From a virus: 64,000 nt of DNA. The stretch covers positions 96,001-160,000 of the IMG/VR virus record IMGVR_UViG_3300018018_000001; one strand, 5' to 3'. Both the position numbers and the translations under genes were made by a program. The notes under the pieces are model-generated. The model was not told where the DNA came from. It saw only the letters and a list, made by a program, of their open reading frames with translations, and searched no databases. Position 1 is the stretch's first letter; each line of letters begins with the position of its first letter. Shown here piece by piece: positions 48,762 to 58,472 of this stretch.

Positions 48762-48945
48762 TAATGATTTTTAAAAATCAAAACTATATTAAAGAGTTAG
48801 AGAGTTCAGAAGCGTGTAATGAAATGAGTGCTTAATAGTATTATTATTAATAGTATATATTATTATATATACTCTCTAGTAATTACTAGTAACTACTATT
48901 ATATAGGTAGGTAGGATGGTAGGTATGGTAGTAGGTAGCTTCTAT
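48544..48945. other. Putative replication origin
   Basis: Iterons, then an extremely AT-rich tract with three palindromes (48832-48889) and GGTAG microrepeats, directly upstream of the primase-helicase. Confidence 0.7.
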
Positions 48946-48967
48946 ATATTAGCTGAAAGGGGATTGA

Positions 48968-50974
48968 GTGTATACAATAAAACCAAATTTTGAGAATATA
49001 GAATTAATATTCAAAGATGACTTGGATAAACCTATTTGGATTTGTTGGCAAGAGATTCCTCCCTCTGAGGCTGAAATTAAAAAGGCTGAAGTCCTAATGA
49101 GAGAAGCCAAGCCTGTTAAGATGCCGATTGATCCCAATACTGGATTCCAGGCAAAGACCAATGACGAAAAGACATGGGGAACATACTGGGTAGCGAAAGC
49201 ATATTACCAATCTAACCCTGATAAAATGTCCGGTTTAGGTCTAAATTATTATGGTAAGGGGGATAAGGATAAAAATTCTCATATCCTTTCTTTTGACCTG
49301 GATGACATTAAGAATGAATCAGGAGAGATTAAGGCTACCGTGATTAGGATTATTACTAAACTCTTGTCCTGGACTGAATTAACCCCTTCAGGAAAGGGGT
49401 GTAGGATCTATGTGAGAGAAAATTGGATGAAAGGAGGGAGAAAAGCAGGGATATTCAAAGATTTTAATGAAAAGGGGGAACCAGAAGAGCAGAAAATAGA
49501 ATTTTTTGGTGAGGGGAATCACTATGTAACAATTACGGGTGTTCCTATTCCTAAAATAAATGGATTTGATAACAATAAAATAGAAAAAAGACCAAAAGAT
49601 TTGACAGAGATGATTTATCAAAAAGTGTTCCCCCCTATTGTTAAATCCAATGAAGTTAAAGAGAAAGATGTAGAGATAACAGAATCCTATTTGGCCGAAG
49701 AACTTAGCTCTATTGGTTTTGAATATAAGCAAGAGTGGGGTATGGATCAGGGTGGAAAATCGGGATTCAAATTTAAGATTACTTGCCCTTGGGGATCAGA
49801 GGAGGGAACAGAACATGAAAGCGGTGTAAATAACTTAGGAGATGCTTTTATTTTTGTACCTGAAGACCATCGAAGGCCATGGTTTCATTGTTCCCACGCC
49901 ACTTGTAAAGATAAATATTCATGGGAAGACTTTTGTAGAAAAGTATTTGGCTATATTCTTTCCGATGGATCTTTGAATAGGAACATAATGTCCTGGATTA
50001 ATGATCATCCAGGGGAAATGTTTGACCATCGTTTTCTTCAAAATGAATTTCATATTTTTTCTGAAAGTGAAAAAAATAATTTACGTGTTACTTTGTTTAG
50101 AGCTAAGAAAGATAATATAATTGAACAACTTTCAAAATCCGGTAATTATCGGGTTATTTCAACAAAGGTGGTGGAAATGCCATTAGCTAAAAATGAGAAA
50201 AAGTCTTTTAAGATAGCTTTGCCATTGAATATTAATCTCTTAGGGACGTTTAAGCCTGAGAGGATTATTCTGGTACAAGGGGAAGTTAATGCAGGAAAAA
50301 CTGCTTTTAACTTTAGCCTTATTAAACCCAATTATAGGATAACTCCTATTCATTATTTTAGTAATTCCGAAATTGATGCAGAGGATATTGAAAGCAGAAT
50401 GGCTTATCTGTTTTGTGAGAAACCAATGGAATACTGGCAAGATAAAAATAATCTTAGTTTCCATAGAATAGAAATTGAAACTGAATTTGCTGATGTAGTT
50501 AGGTTGTATAAAGATTCCATTATTATTTGCGATTACTTTGATGCCTCAAAGGATTATACTCAAGCCGCTCATCAAATGGCCAGAATCCATGATAAGTTAC
50601 AAGGAACAGGGAATATGGCAATAGTGTCAGTCCAGATTAATATTAACAAAGAAGTCAAGGATAATTTTGCATTGAGGGCATATGGAGGACCAAGTTTGAC
50701 AACAAGACCTTCTACTGTCTTTAACTTAGTTAAAAGTAGTGGATACAATGTTCTTTATGTCCAAAAATTTAAACAAGTAGATCCTGTAGTCTACAAATTA
50801 TTCTATGACAACCGATGGTGCCGGCCGTATAGAGTTTATGCCGAAGGTGGATTTATTGAAAAGACAACAGAGTATTGGGAACACCGTGGAGATAAAGAAG
50901 ATGAGATCCCATTTAAACTATCTGACGATAAGGAGAATTGGGGAAAGACTCCACCCCAAGTTACGGGGGGATAA
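48968..50974 (+). CDS. Primase-polymerase (AEP, NrS-1-like N-terminus) fused to a Cys/His domain and a RecA-fold helicase
   Basis: P.DP.TG..A..ND..TW, FDLDD, TELTPSGKG, YVTITG; CPW...H...CSHATC; GEVNAGKT, IICDY. Confidence 0.8.
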   Translation: MYTIKPNFENIELIFKDDLDKPIWICWQEIPPSEAEIKKAEVLMREAKPVKMPIDPNTGFQAKTNDEKTWGTYWVAKAYYQSNPDKMSGLGLNYYGKGDKDKNSHILSFDLDDIKNESGEIKATVIRIITKLLSWTELTPSGKGCRIYVRENWMKGGRKAGIFKDFNEKGEPEEQKIEFFGEGNHYVTITGVPIPKINGFDNNKIEKRPKDLTEMIYQKVFPPIVKSNEVKEKDVEITESYLAEELSSIGFEYKQEWGMDQGGKSGFKFKITCPWGSEEGTEHESGVNNLGDAFIFVPEDHRRPWFHCSHATCKDKYSWEDFCRKVFGYILSDGSLNRNIMSWINDHPGEMFDHRFLQNEFHIFSESEKNNLRVTLFRAKKDNIIEQLSKSGNYRVISTKVVEMPLAKNEKKSFKIALPLNINLLGTFKPERIILVQGEVNAGKTAFNFSLIKPNYRITPIHYFSNSEIDAEDIESRMAYLFCEKPMEYWQDKNNLSFHRIEIETEFADVVRLYKDSIIICDYFDASKDYTQAAHQMARIHDKLQGTGNMAIVSVQININKEVKDNFALRAYGGPSLTTRPSTVFNLVKSSGYNVLYVQKFKQVDPVVYKLFYDNRWCRPYRVYAEGGFIEKTTEYWEHRGDKEDEIPFKLSDDKENWGKTPPQVTGG

Positions 50975-51711
50975 TGAAAACCAAAGAGTTTAAATTATGT
51001 GAATGCAATTGTGGTAATTATGCCAAACCAGGAAATAGATTTATTAATGGGCATAATAGAATAGGGAAGAAAAATATTGAAGCTGCTTCTAGGATAGGTA
51101 ATAAAAATCCAATGTTTGGTAGAACTGGTAAAAATAGTCCTATATTTAATAGGAAACATACTAAAGATGAATTGAGAGAGATGAGTGAATCTCAAAAAGG
51201 TGAGAAAGGTTATTGGTTTGGAAAGAAAAATTTTGATCATTCTGTTAGAATGTTAGGAGAGAAGAGTCCAAGATTTGGTAAACCTGGCTATTGGGCAGGA
51301 AAGAAAAGACCAGATATTTCAGCTAAACCTAGTCCTATGCTTGGAAAGAAAAATCCTATTGTTTCTATTTTAATGAAAGAAAAAACAGGTGATAAGAATA
51401 ATAATTGGAATGGAGGGTCCTCTTTTGAACCTTATAGTTTAGAGTGGACTAATGAATTAAAAAATAAAATTAGAGAAAGGGATCATTATATTTGTCAACT
51501 TTGTAAAAAATATGGAAATACTATTCATCATATTGATTATAATAAGAAGCATTGTGATTTTAGTAATTTAATTAATTTATGTAGAAGTTGCAATGTTAAA
51601 GTAAATAAGAATAGAATTCAATGGGAAATTTATTTTAGACTATATATGGTTATAAATCAGAAAGGAGAGAGAAATGAAAGTGGAACTCGAAGCACCAAAG
51701 AAAATTCTTGA
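50974..51711 (+). CDS. HNH homing endonuclease with NUMOD3-like repeats (paralog 4)
   Basis: CECNCG, GGSSFEPY, CQLC...HHIDYNK...LCRSCN; TAATG coupling. Confidence 0.8.
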   Translation: MKTKEFKLCECNCGNYAKPGNRFINGHNRIGKKNIEAASRIGNKNPMFGRTGKNSPIFNRKHTKDELREMSESQKGEKGYWFGKKNFDHSVRMLGEKSPRFGKPGYWAGKKRPDISAKPSPMLGKKNPIVSILMKEKTGDKNNNWNGGSSFEPYSLEWTNELKNKIRERDHYICQLCKKYGNTIHHIDYNKKHCDFSNLINLCRSCNVKVNKNRIQWEIYFRLYMVINQKGERNESGTRSTKENS

Positions 51712-52011
51712 GACAACGATTCCTGAATCCAGGCCCCATGGTGGTGTGGCTCCTATGTCTGGATGCCCTGTTTGTGAGGCGTTGGAAAAAATTTATCGCA
51801 AGGATAAGAAGAGAAAACCTTTTATGCCTGATAAGGATAGGGAGTAAATTTTGATTGTAAGAAACTCTATAGGAAATTTGGTTTGCCCAATGAAAAAGAT
51901 TCCATGCACCTACAAGAAGGGGAATGGTAGGTGTAAGAAATATTCCGTTAGGGTAAAAGAGATATTAGGGAAACAGGTTTGCCTCAATGTCAGAAAAAGA
52001 TCGATTAAGGA

Positions 52012-52551
52012 GTGTTCAATATGGGATCTGGAATAGGTGGTCATCAAAGAACGTATCAAGGTAGAACCAATGAATGGTTTACCCCGAAATGGATTATAGA
52101 CAAGCTTGGGCAATTTGATTTGGACCCCTGCTCCTCTGATAGAAGGCCATTTGATATTGCGCCTAGATGGTTTACAAAAGAGGATAATGGGTTGAGTAAG
52201 GAATGGCTTGGTATGGTATTTGTTAATCCACCTTATGGCCCTGAGACTAAGCTGTGGCTTAAAAAGCTTAAAGAGTATGGGAATGGGATAGCTCTTGTCT
52301 TTGCCCTGACTGAAACCAAAATGTTCTTTGACCATGTTTGGAATGACTGTTCTGCAATCCTGTTTATCAAAAAGAGGGTTTCCTTTACCGATTGCACAGG
52401 GGATGAAGGGCAGAGTTCCAATGGTGGCCCCTCTGTTTTGATTGCTTATGGAGAGCAAGCGGCTGAAAGATTGGAGAAATCAGGGATTGAGGGAAAGTTT
52501 ATTAATATGAAAAGAAAAGGATTATTTGAATTTAAGGTTAAGTTTCTATGA
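52012..52551 (+). CDS. Phage Dam-like N6-adenine methyltransferase
   Basis: EWFTP, FDLDPC, FVNPPYG. Confidence 0.85.
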   Translation: MFNMGSGIGGHQRTYQGRTNEWFTPKWIIDKLGQFDLDPCSSDRRPFDIAPRWFTKEDNGLSKEWLGMVFVNPPYGPETKLWLKKLKEYGNGIALVFALTETKMFFDHVWNDCSAILFIKKRVSFTDCTGDEGQSSNGGPSVLIAYGEQAAERLEKSGIEGKFINMKRKGLFEFKVKFL

Positions 52552-53156
52552 TTGATAAAAATTATCGTTTAAATGTAGGTAGGGCAGGTGAATTTTTAGT
52601 TGCTGCTGATTTAATTTTAAAGGGATTTAGGGCTTTCCCTACTTCTGAGGGTCTTTCTTATGATATTATTTTAGAAACTAAAAATCATATTTTTTTAAAA
52701 ATTCAAGTAAAGTCAACAATTGGAAAAAGAAAAAGAAGTAAACAGAATGGACAAAAGGGTGAATCTCCTTTTAGATATATTTTTCATGGAAAAAGAAGTG
52801 GAAAGCATGGAAAAAATTGTTATACAGATAAGGAAGTAGATATTTTTGCTTTTATTGCTCTTGATAGCAAAGAAATTGGTTATATTCCTATTGATTTTAT
52901 TCAAGATCAAATGCCTTTCCTTCCTGAGGGTTCAAAAGTTTCTAGGTCTGTTGATGATATAAAAATTAAAATATTTGAACTAAAGAGTAAAGGACTTACA
53001 CTAACTGAAATTTCTAAAAGATTGGGTAAACATATAAGCTGGGTTTGCAGGGTTTCTCAGGGTAAAGAAAATAATTCTATTAAGGAGAGACATTTATCTG
53101 ATTTTCCAATAGATAAAGCTGTTGAATATATCTTATCAAAGAAAGAGCATAAATAA
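52548..53156 (+). CDS. PD-(D/E)xK endonuclease with C-terminal HTH
   Basis: G..GE..V...L, YDII, IQVKS, VDIFA; LTEISKRLGKH.SWV. Confidence 0.75.
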   Translation: MIDKNYRLNVGRAGEFLVAADLILKGFRAFPTSEGLSYDIILETKNHIFLKIQVKSTIGKRKRSKQNGQKGESPFRYIFHGKRSGKHGKNCYTDKEVDIFAFIALDSKEIGYIPIDFIQDQMPFLPEGSKVSRSVDDIKIKIFELKSKGLTLTEISKRLGKHISWVCRVSQGKENNSIKERHLSDFPIDKAVEYILSKKEHK

Positions 53157-53671
53157 TGACTGCTAATGATATTATTAAGGAATTACCACGTTTAGGAAGT
53201 TATAGGTCTATTCTAATTCCTGAATTTACTTGGGGAGATCTTAGAATAGATGCTTTACTAATAAATTTTGATAAACGATTAATAAGAGGTTTTGAAATTA
53301 AAGTCAATAGGGGGGATTTTATTAAAGACGAAAAATGGGCTTTGTATTCTCAGTTCTGTTCATCCCTCATTATTGCTTGCCCCGCTGAATTGATAAAACC
53401 TGAAGAGGTTGAAAAGCCATTTGGATTACTTTGGGTTTATGAGAATATAGGACCCAGAGGAGTGGAATTTGATTGGATAAAGAGGCCAAAGAACTTTCAA
53501 AAAAGAAACTCCCTTGCATGGTTGTGGACTTATCTTAAAGTCATGGAGGAAGAGTTTCCAAGAATGTCTGAAGAGTTGGAAAGAGTAAAGAGGGATAATA
53601 AATATTTACAGAATGCACTAAACAAATTAGAGGATTTTGCCAATAAAAGAGAGGAGGAATCATGCCTATAA
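53156..53671 (+). CDS. MmcB-like PD-(D/E)xK protein
   Basis: RIDAL...GFEIKVNRGDF..D.KW..Y..FC. Confidence 0.65.
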   Translation: MTANDIIKELPRLGSYRSILIPEFTWGDLRIDALLINFDKRLIRGFEIKVNRGDFIKDEKWALYSQFCSSLIIACPAELIKPEEVEKPFGLLWVYENIGPRGVEFDWIKRPKNFQKRNSLAWLWTYLKVMEEEFPRMSEELERVKRDNKYLQNALNKLEDFANKREEESCL

Positions 53672-53970
53672 AATATAAAAGAATTGAAACTTTTATTTTA
53701 GAACCAGAGGAAAAGAAATGTAACCGATGTAAGAGAGCGTTTAAATATAATTCAGATAACATGATTGAATGGCAGGAATTTTTTCATGTTGAGTTTGAAG
53801 GTGGTTATGGTTCCATTTTTGGAGATGAAGCCAAAGTTACACTTGATCTTTGTCAAACTTGTGTTAGAGTGGTTTTAGGAGAATACCTTGAGGTTAGTTC
53901 TGATTGGATGGATCAAGTTAATCAAGATAGGGAACAAGAAGAAATAAAATTTAGAAGGGAAAATGGATGA
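53662..53970 (+). CDS. Hypothetical Zn-ribbon-like protein
   Basis: CNRC...GGYGSIFGD...DLCQ.C. Confidence 0.6.
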   Translation: MPIKYKRIETFILEPEEKKCNRCKRAFKYNSDNMIEWQEFFHVEFEGGYGSIFGDEAKVTLDLCQTCVRVVLGEYLEVSSDWMDQVNQDREQEEIKFRRENG

Positions 53971-54241
53971 TATTTATATTGGTCGTTGGAATCCAAGAAT
54001 TCCTATTGATAGTAAATATCGAAACCCTTTTAAGATAGGGATTGACGGTGATAGGTTGGAATGTCTTAAGAAGTTCAAGGAATATTTCTATTCCAATTCT
54101 GCTCTTATGATTGATGCAGTACAGGAACTTAAGGGAAAAATATTGGGTTGCTGGTGCAAAGAAGAGGGTAAGTCTGAAATGGAAACTCTTTGTCATGGGG
54201 ATATTCTTGCCGCTTATGTGGATAACTTTACGGAGGGTTAA
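53963..54241 (+). CDS. DUF4326-like protein
   Basis: IYIGR, Y.NPF.IG.DG.R, L.GK.LGCWC, CHGD.L. Confidence 0.85.
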   Translation: MDDIYIGRWNPRIPIDSKYRNPFKIGIDGDRLECLKKFKEYFYSNSALMIDAVQELKGKILGCWCKEEGKSEMETLCHGDILAAYVDNFTEG

Positions 54242-57200
54242 TGGGGAATTCACCTGCTATTTGTGATGATTGTGAAAAGTGTTTACTCTGTTATCAGGAT
54301 ATAAAGCATCCAGGTCTTGGTGGCCGTGGAAACTTAAATGATCCTATCCTTGTTGGGATTGGGGAGGCCCCTGGACCTGATGAGGATATAGAAGGAACAA
54401 TTTTCATTGGTAAAGCAGGGAAAGAGTTGGAATTGCTTTTGGGTGATAAACTTCCTCTGATATATCTTACTAATGCCTTAAAGTGTTTGCCCCTCAAGAG
54501 GTTTGATGATCCTTCACAAGGTTTCCGTACTCCTGAGGCTTTGGAAATCTTTTCTTGCCGCTCACTTTTATTCAAAGAGCTTAAGGCTTTTGATCCCAAT
54601 AAAGTTATCTTGATGCCAATGGGAGCAATAGCATATCAATCCATATTTGGTTTCCCTCCTGATCCTGGAATTCTGTCAGTAGCCGGGATGCCTATGAGAG
54701 TAAAAATAAATAACACAGAATTTTTGGTAGTACCTAATGTTCATCCCTCTTGGGTTGCCAGAGCCCCTAAAGAAAGAGAGGGAAAATTTAGAGGTATTTT
54801 GAACAGGGCTTGGGGCCTTGCTAAAGAAGGAAATTTATCAACTGTGAGTATCGAGAGTAAGGGAGCAGACTATGAAATTCTAAACCCTAATAGAGCTATC
54901 CAGGAACTTGAATTTATCCTGGCAAATAAAGAAAATCTTCCATACATAATAGTGGATTTGGAAACTACTTCTTTGGATTATTGGAAAGCCAAAATCCTTA
55001 TGATTAACTTTGCTCATTCTCTTAATCCCAAGGGGTTTTCAATACCGCTCAGAGTTACTAATGAAAATCATCATCCTGATAAATATCCATACCAGGTTCC
55101 AATAATTCCTTGGGATATTACTCCTGAACAGGTTTCTAAGATAATAGGGTTGTTTATAAAGATTCTTGAAAGTGTTCCTCTTGTCGGCCATAATCTCAAA
55201 TATGATTTGTTGATTCTGCTTTGGAATAAATGGATAGCAAATTTAGATAATGTTGTTGTGTTTGATGATACTATGATTCTTCTCCATTTGATTTACAATC
55301 AGAAATTAGGCAATTTGAAACTCAAGGATTGCTGTAAAAAATTGTTTAATATAGTAGATGATTGGGATAAGAAAGTTACAAGCTACCTGGAGTTGTTCCG
55401 ATTAAAGGAGGATAAAACTAACTATGCCCTTTTGCCTACGTCCATTCTTGGGGAATATGGGGCTTTGGATGCTTATTACAATCGGAAGTTACATGACCAT
55501 CTTCTTGAGGACTTCCCTAAGGATTTGACAGAGCTAAGAGAATTTATTACTTATCTAACAATTGTCTTGACCGAATCTGAGATTTCGGGAATAGCCTTGG
55601 ATGAGGATGTTCATAAATTCCTTGCGAACACCTATGGAGATATGCTGGATAAGATGTTTGACAAGGCTTTATCCTTTCCTATGGTTAAGAAATATATTGA
55701 GGCTAACATAGGTTCTGTGAGAGAGGCAAATGAAAAGCCTAGAAAGAAAAAGAAGCTATCCGAAGAGGAAATGGTAGCTGAAGTATTTACGATGACAAAA
55801 CGGTTGGCCCTTGTGGATGTAATGTATGACAAAGAATATTTGGGTATGCCTGTACTCAAGAAAACCAAGGGGGGAAAGGATAGGTCTGCCAAAGCCCCTT
55901 CCACTGACCAAGAAGCCGTGGAATTACTCCATCTTTATCCTAAGCTGAATGAGGACCAGAGAATCTTTATTGATAACCTGGCTGATTACCGAACCATAGA
56001 CAAATTGAAATCCACCTATGTAGATCCTGTCATGAACCAGTTTGTGGATAATCTTTACCGTCAAGAGTTCATGATTCCAGGGACCATAACTGGTAGACTT
56101 TGTTTAGTTGGTAGTACAAAAATTTCATTACTAAATGGTGAAGAAATAGAAATTGATAAATTACCAATAAATGAAAAAATATATTTATATGGTTGTCTTC
56201 AAGATGGTGGCATAATTCCTGTTGAAGCTATATCAATTGGGGAAACTAAGAAAGTTACTATTATTGCAGAAGTTATATTAGATAATGGTTGTATTGAAAG
56301 ATGCACTCTTGACCATTCTTGGATGTTAAGAGATGGGTCTTATAAAGAAGCCCAGTATCTTAATCCTGGTGATTCTTTAATGCCTTTATACAGAGAAACT
56401 AAAAAAATAGGAGAATATAAAGATTATGAAGTTATTATAAATAATAAAAATGGTAAAAAAATTCTTACTCATAAATTAGTAGCTAATTATTTTAATAGAG
56501 ATCAAAAATTGGAGGTTAGGAAAAATACCAAAGATAAATACTTGGTTATTCATCATGACGATTTTAATAGAAAAAATAATTACCCTAAAAATTTAATTTG
56601 GATGGGGGAACATGATCATTGGATACTTCACGCCTCTCTTGGTAAGGCGGACTTACTTCTAAAATATGTTTGTTCTGATGAGGGTAGAAAAAAATCTAGT
56701 GAAAGATTATTGAAAAGATGGTCTGACCTAGAATATAGAGAAAAACAAATAAAGATTCTTAGAAATAATGGTCTTAAAAGTTGGGAGTCAGAAGATAGAA
56801 GAAACAAGCAAGTCCAGATTGGTAGAAATAATGCCCATTTTATGCTTACCCCTAAATTTAGGGAAAAGTCTTTAAAATTATCTATTCCTATAAATTCTAA
56901 AAGATGGAAAGAGTTGTGGGGCATTGATGAAAAGTGGAGACAAGATTGTATTAATAGAATTAAAGAAATATGGAATAATGAAGAATATAGAGAAAAAATG
57001 TCTTCCATTGCTAAAGATACAATTAGGAAGCAACTTCAAGATCCTATATTTGTAGAAAAATCAAGATTAGCTGCTATAAAATGTGGTACTGAAGTGTTTA
57101 ATAGAGTAATAAATAAACTATGTCCTAAATGTGGTAAGATATTTGTTAAACAAGCAGCTTTAAATGGGCATCTTGGCTACTGTGGTAAAGGATTAAATAA

Positions 57201-58422
57201 TAAGAAAGATTATTTAAATGACGTTGTTAATCAGTCTTGCCCTAAATGTGGGAAAACTTTTTTAATTAAAGGCAGCTATATTGGGCATGTGAACAGTTGT
57301 AAACACAACCATAGAGTAGTGTCTGTCAAAATAATAAAATTAGAAAATCCCATCTCTGTTTATGAAATTGCTTATTCTAAAACAAATAATTTTGCACTTT
57401 CATCCGGAGTTTTTGTCCACAATTCTTCGGGATTCCATACTCTCCCCCGTGAGTCAGATATTAAGAGAATGTATACAAGTCGATGGAGGGAAAAAGGTGG
57501 CTTGATTTTGGGATTCGATTTTTCACAATTGGAACTGAGAGTTTTGGCCTGTCTATCCCAAGAGCCTAAAATGATTGAAGCTTTTATCAATCATGTGGAC
57601 ATTCATGCCAAGACAGGGGGGGAGATTGCGGGTAAGTCTTGGGATAAGATAACTCCTGATGAGCGTTCTATCGGAAAGACCACAAATTTTGCAATTGTGT
57701 ACGGAAAAACTGCTGATACCCTGAAAGATGACTTGCATGTGTCCAGGGAAAGAGCGCAGCAGATTATTGACAGTGTGCTAGGGGGTTATGATAAAGTAGC
57801 GTCCTGGATGGAAGCAAGGCACAAGGAACTGGAAAATATAGGGGGAATCAAGACGATTTTTGGTAGGGAGATTCCCATTCCAGAGTTCTACCTTCAGGGC
57901 AGAACCTTTGAGTTAGAGGCCCAGAGAAAGTCTGTAAATTATCCAATACAATCAACGGCTTCCGATTTGGCTAATAGTGGCTTAGTGAGATTATATAAGA
58001 AATTCAAGATGTTACATTTACAGAGTATAATTCTTGCCGCTATCCATGATGCTGCTTATTCCGATCTTAAGCCTGGAGAATTATTCGTTTCTATAGCCAT
58101 GATGAAGAAAATTCTTGAGGCTGAGACTATGAGGATGTATCCTTGGATTATTTGTCCTATTGAAATAGACATTTCTATGGGTACATCATTGGGAAGTTCT
58201 ATAAAATTAGAGGTAGAAGAACTTGAGGAAAATCGAGCACTTCTAAAGGGAAAGGGACTTAGGAAGGATTTTAATATGCTTATGAATGTGGGACAAGAGG
58301 CTTATAACATGAAATTCTACCTGGAAAAGGAAAAGCCTGTAGATTCAGATTACTTCACTTTAGATCGTGTCTTGGGGGATACTGTTGAGTGGAAAGGAAG
58401 GCTAGAAGTATCCAATAAATGA
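54241..58422 (+). CDS. polA: Family A DNA polymerase with an N-terminal family-4 UDG domain, 3'-5' exonuclease and an intein
   Basis: GEAPG..ED...F.GKAG, TNALKC, HPS; DLETT, GHNLKYD, YGALDA; TGRL|SS, DFSQLELR, K..NF..VYG, NYPIQS, IHDA. Confidence 0.93.
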   Translation: MGNSPAICDDCEKCLLCYQDIKHPGLGGRGNLNDPILVGIGEAPGPDEDIEGTIFIGKAGKELELLLGDKLPLIYLTNALKCLPLKRFDDPSQGFRTPEALEIFSCRSLLFKELKAFDPNKVILMPMGAIAYQSIFGFPPDPGILSVAGMPMRVKINNTEFLVVPNVHPSWVARAPKEREGKFRGILNRAWGLAKEGNLSTVSIESKGADYEILNPNRAIQELEFILANKENLPYIIVDLETTSLDYWKAKILMINFAHSLNPKGFSIPLRVTNENHHPDKYPYQVPIIPWDITPEQVSKIIGLFIKILESVPLVGHNLKYDLLILLWNKWIANLDNVVVFDDTMILLHLIYNQKLGNLKLKDCCKKLFNIVDDWDKKVTSYLELFRLKEDKTNYALLPTSILGEYGALDAYYNRKLHDHLLEDFPKDLTELREFITYLTIVLTESEISGIALDEDVHKFLANTYGDMLDKMFDKALSFPMVKKYIEANIGSVREANEKPRKKKKLSEEEMVAEVFTMTKRLALVDVMYDKEYLGMPVLKKTKGGKDRSAKAPSTDQEAVELLHLYPKLNEDQRIFIDNLADYRTIDKLKSTYVDPVMNQFVDNLYRQEFMIPGTITGRLCLVGSTKISLLNGEEIEIDKLPINEKIYLYGCLQDGGIIPVEAISIGETKKVTIIAEVILDNGCIERCTLDHSWMLRDGSYKEAQYLNPGDSLMPLYRETKKIGEYKDYEVIINNKNGKKILTHKLVANYFNRDQKLEVRKNTKDKYLVIHHDDFNRKNNYPKNLIWMGEHDHWILHASLGKADLLLKYVCSDEGRKKSSERLLKRWSDLEYREKQIKILRNNGLKSWESEDRRNKQVQIGRNNAHFMLTPKFREKSLKLSIPINSKRWKELWGIDEKWRQDCINRIKEIWNNEEYREKMSSIAKDTIRKQLQDPIFVEKSRLAAIKCGTEVFNRVINKLCPKCGKIFVKQAALNGHLGYCGKGLNNKKDYLNDVVNQSCPKCGKTFLIKGSYIGHVNSCKHNHRVVSVKIIKLENPISVYEIAYSKTNNFALSSGVFVHNSSGFHTLPRESDIKRMYTSRWREKGGLILGFDFSQLELRVLACLSQEPKMIEAFINHVDIHAKTGGEIAGKSWDKITPDERSIGKTTNFAIVYGKTADTLKDDLHVSRERAQQIIDSVLGGYDKVASWMEARHKELENIGGIKTIFGREIPIPEFYLQGRTFELEAQRKSVNYPIQSTASDLANSGLVRLYKKFKMLHLQSIILAAIHDAAYSDLKPGELFVSIAMMKKILEAETMRMYPWIICPIEIDISMGTSLGSSIKLEVEELEENRALLKGKGLRKDFNMLMNVGQEAYNMKFYLEKEKPVDSDYFTLDRVLGDTVEWKGRLEVSNK
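56101..57423 (+). mobile_element. Intein (441 aa) with an HNH endonuclease and two C2H2/C2HC-like zinc fingers
   Basis: CLVGSTKISLLNG ... NNFALSSGVFVHN|S; THKLVA...IHHDDFNRKNN...NL; CPKCGK...H..C twice. Confidence 0.92.
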
Positions 58423-58423
58423 C

Positions 58424-58451
58424 TAAACTTTCCCCCTTATTATGCCGAAGA
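58424..58451 (+). promoter_or_regulatory. sigma28-like promoter P9
   Basis: TAAA-N16-GCCGAAGA just after polA, upstream of ATG 58473. Confidence 0.7.
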
Positions 58452-58472
58452 GATAATCAAAGGGAGGGACCA

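Noticed and set aside
48536-48835. 99-aa ORF with VMEHY repeats
   Set aside because: It is a translation of the DNA repeat; repeat 2 falls in a different frame, so the protein repeat is not what is conserved.
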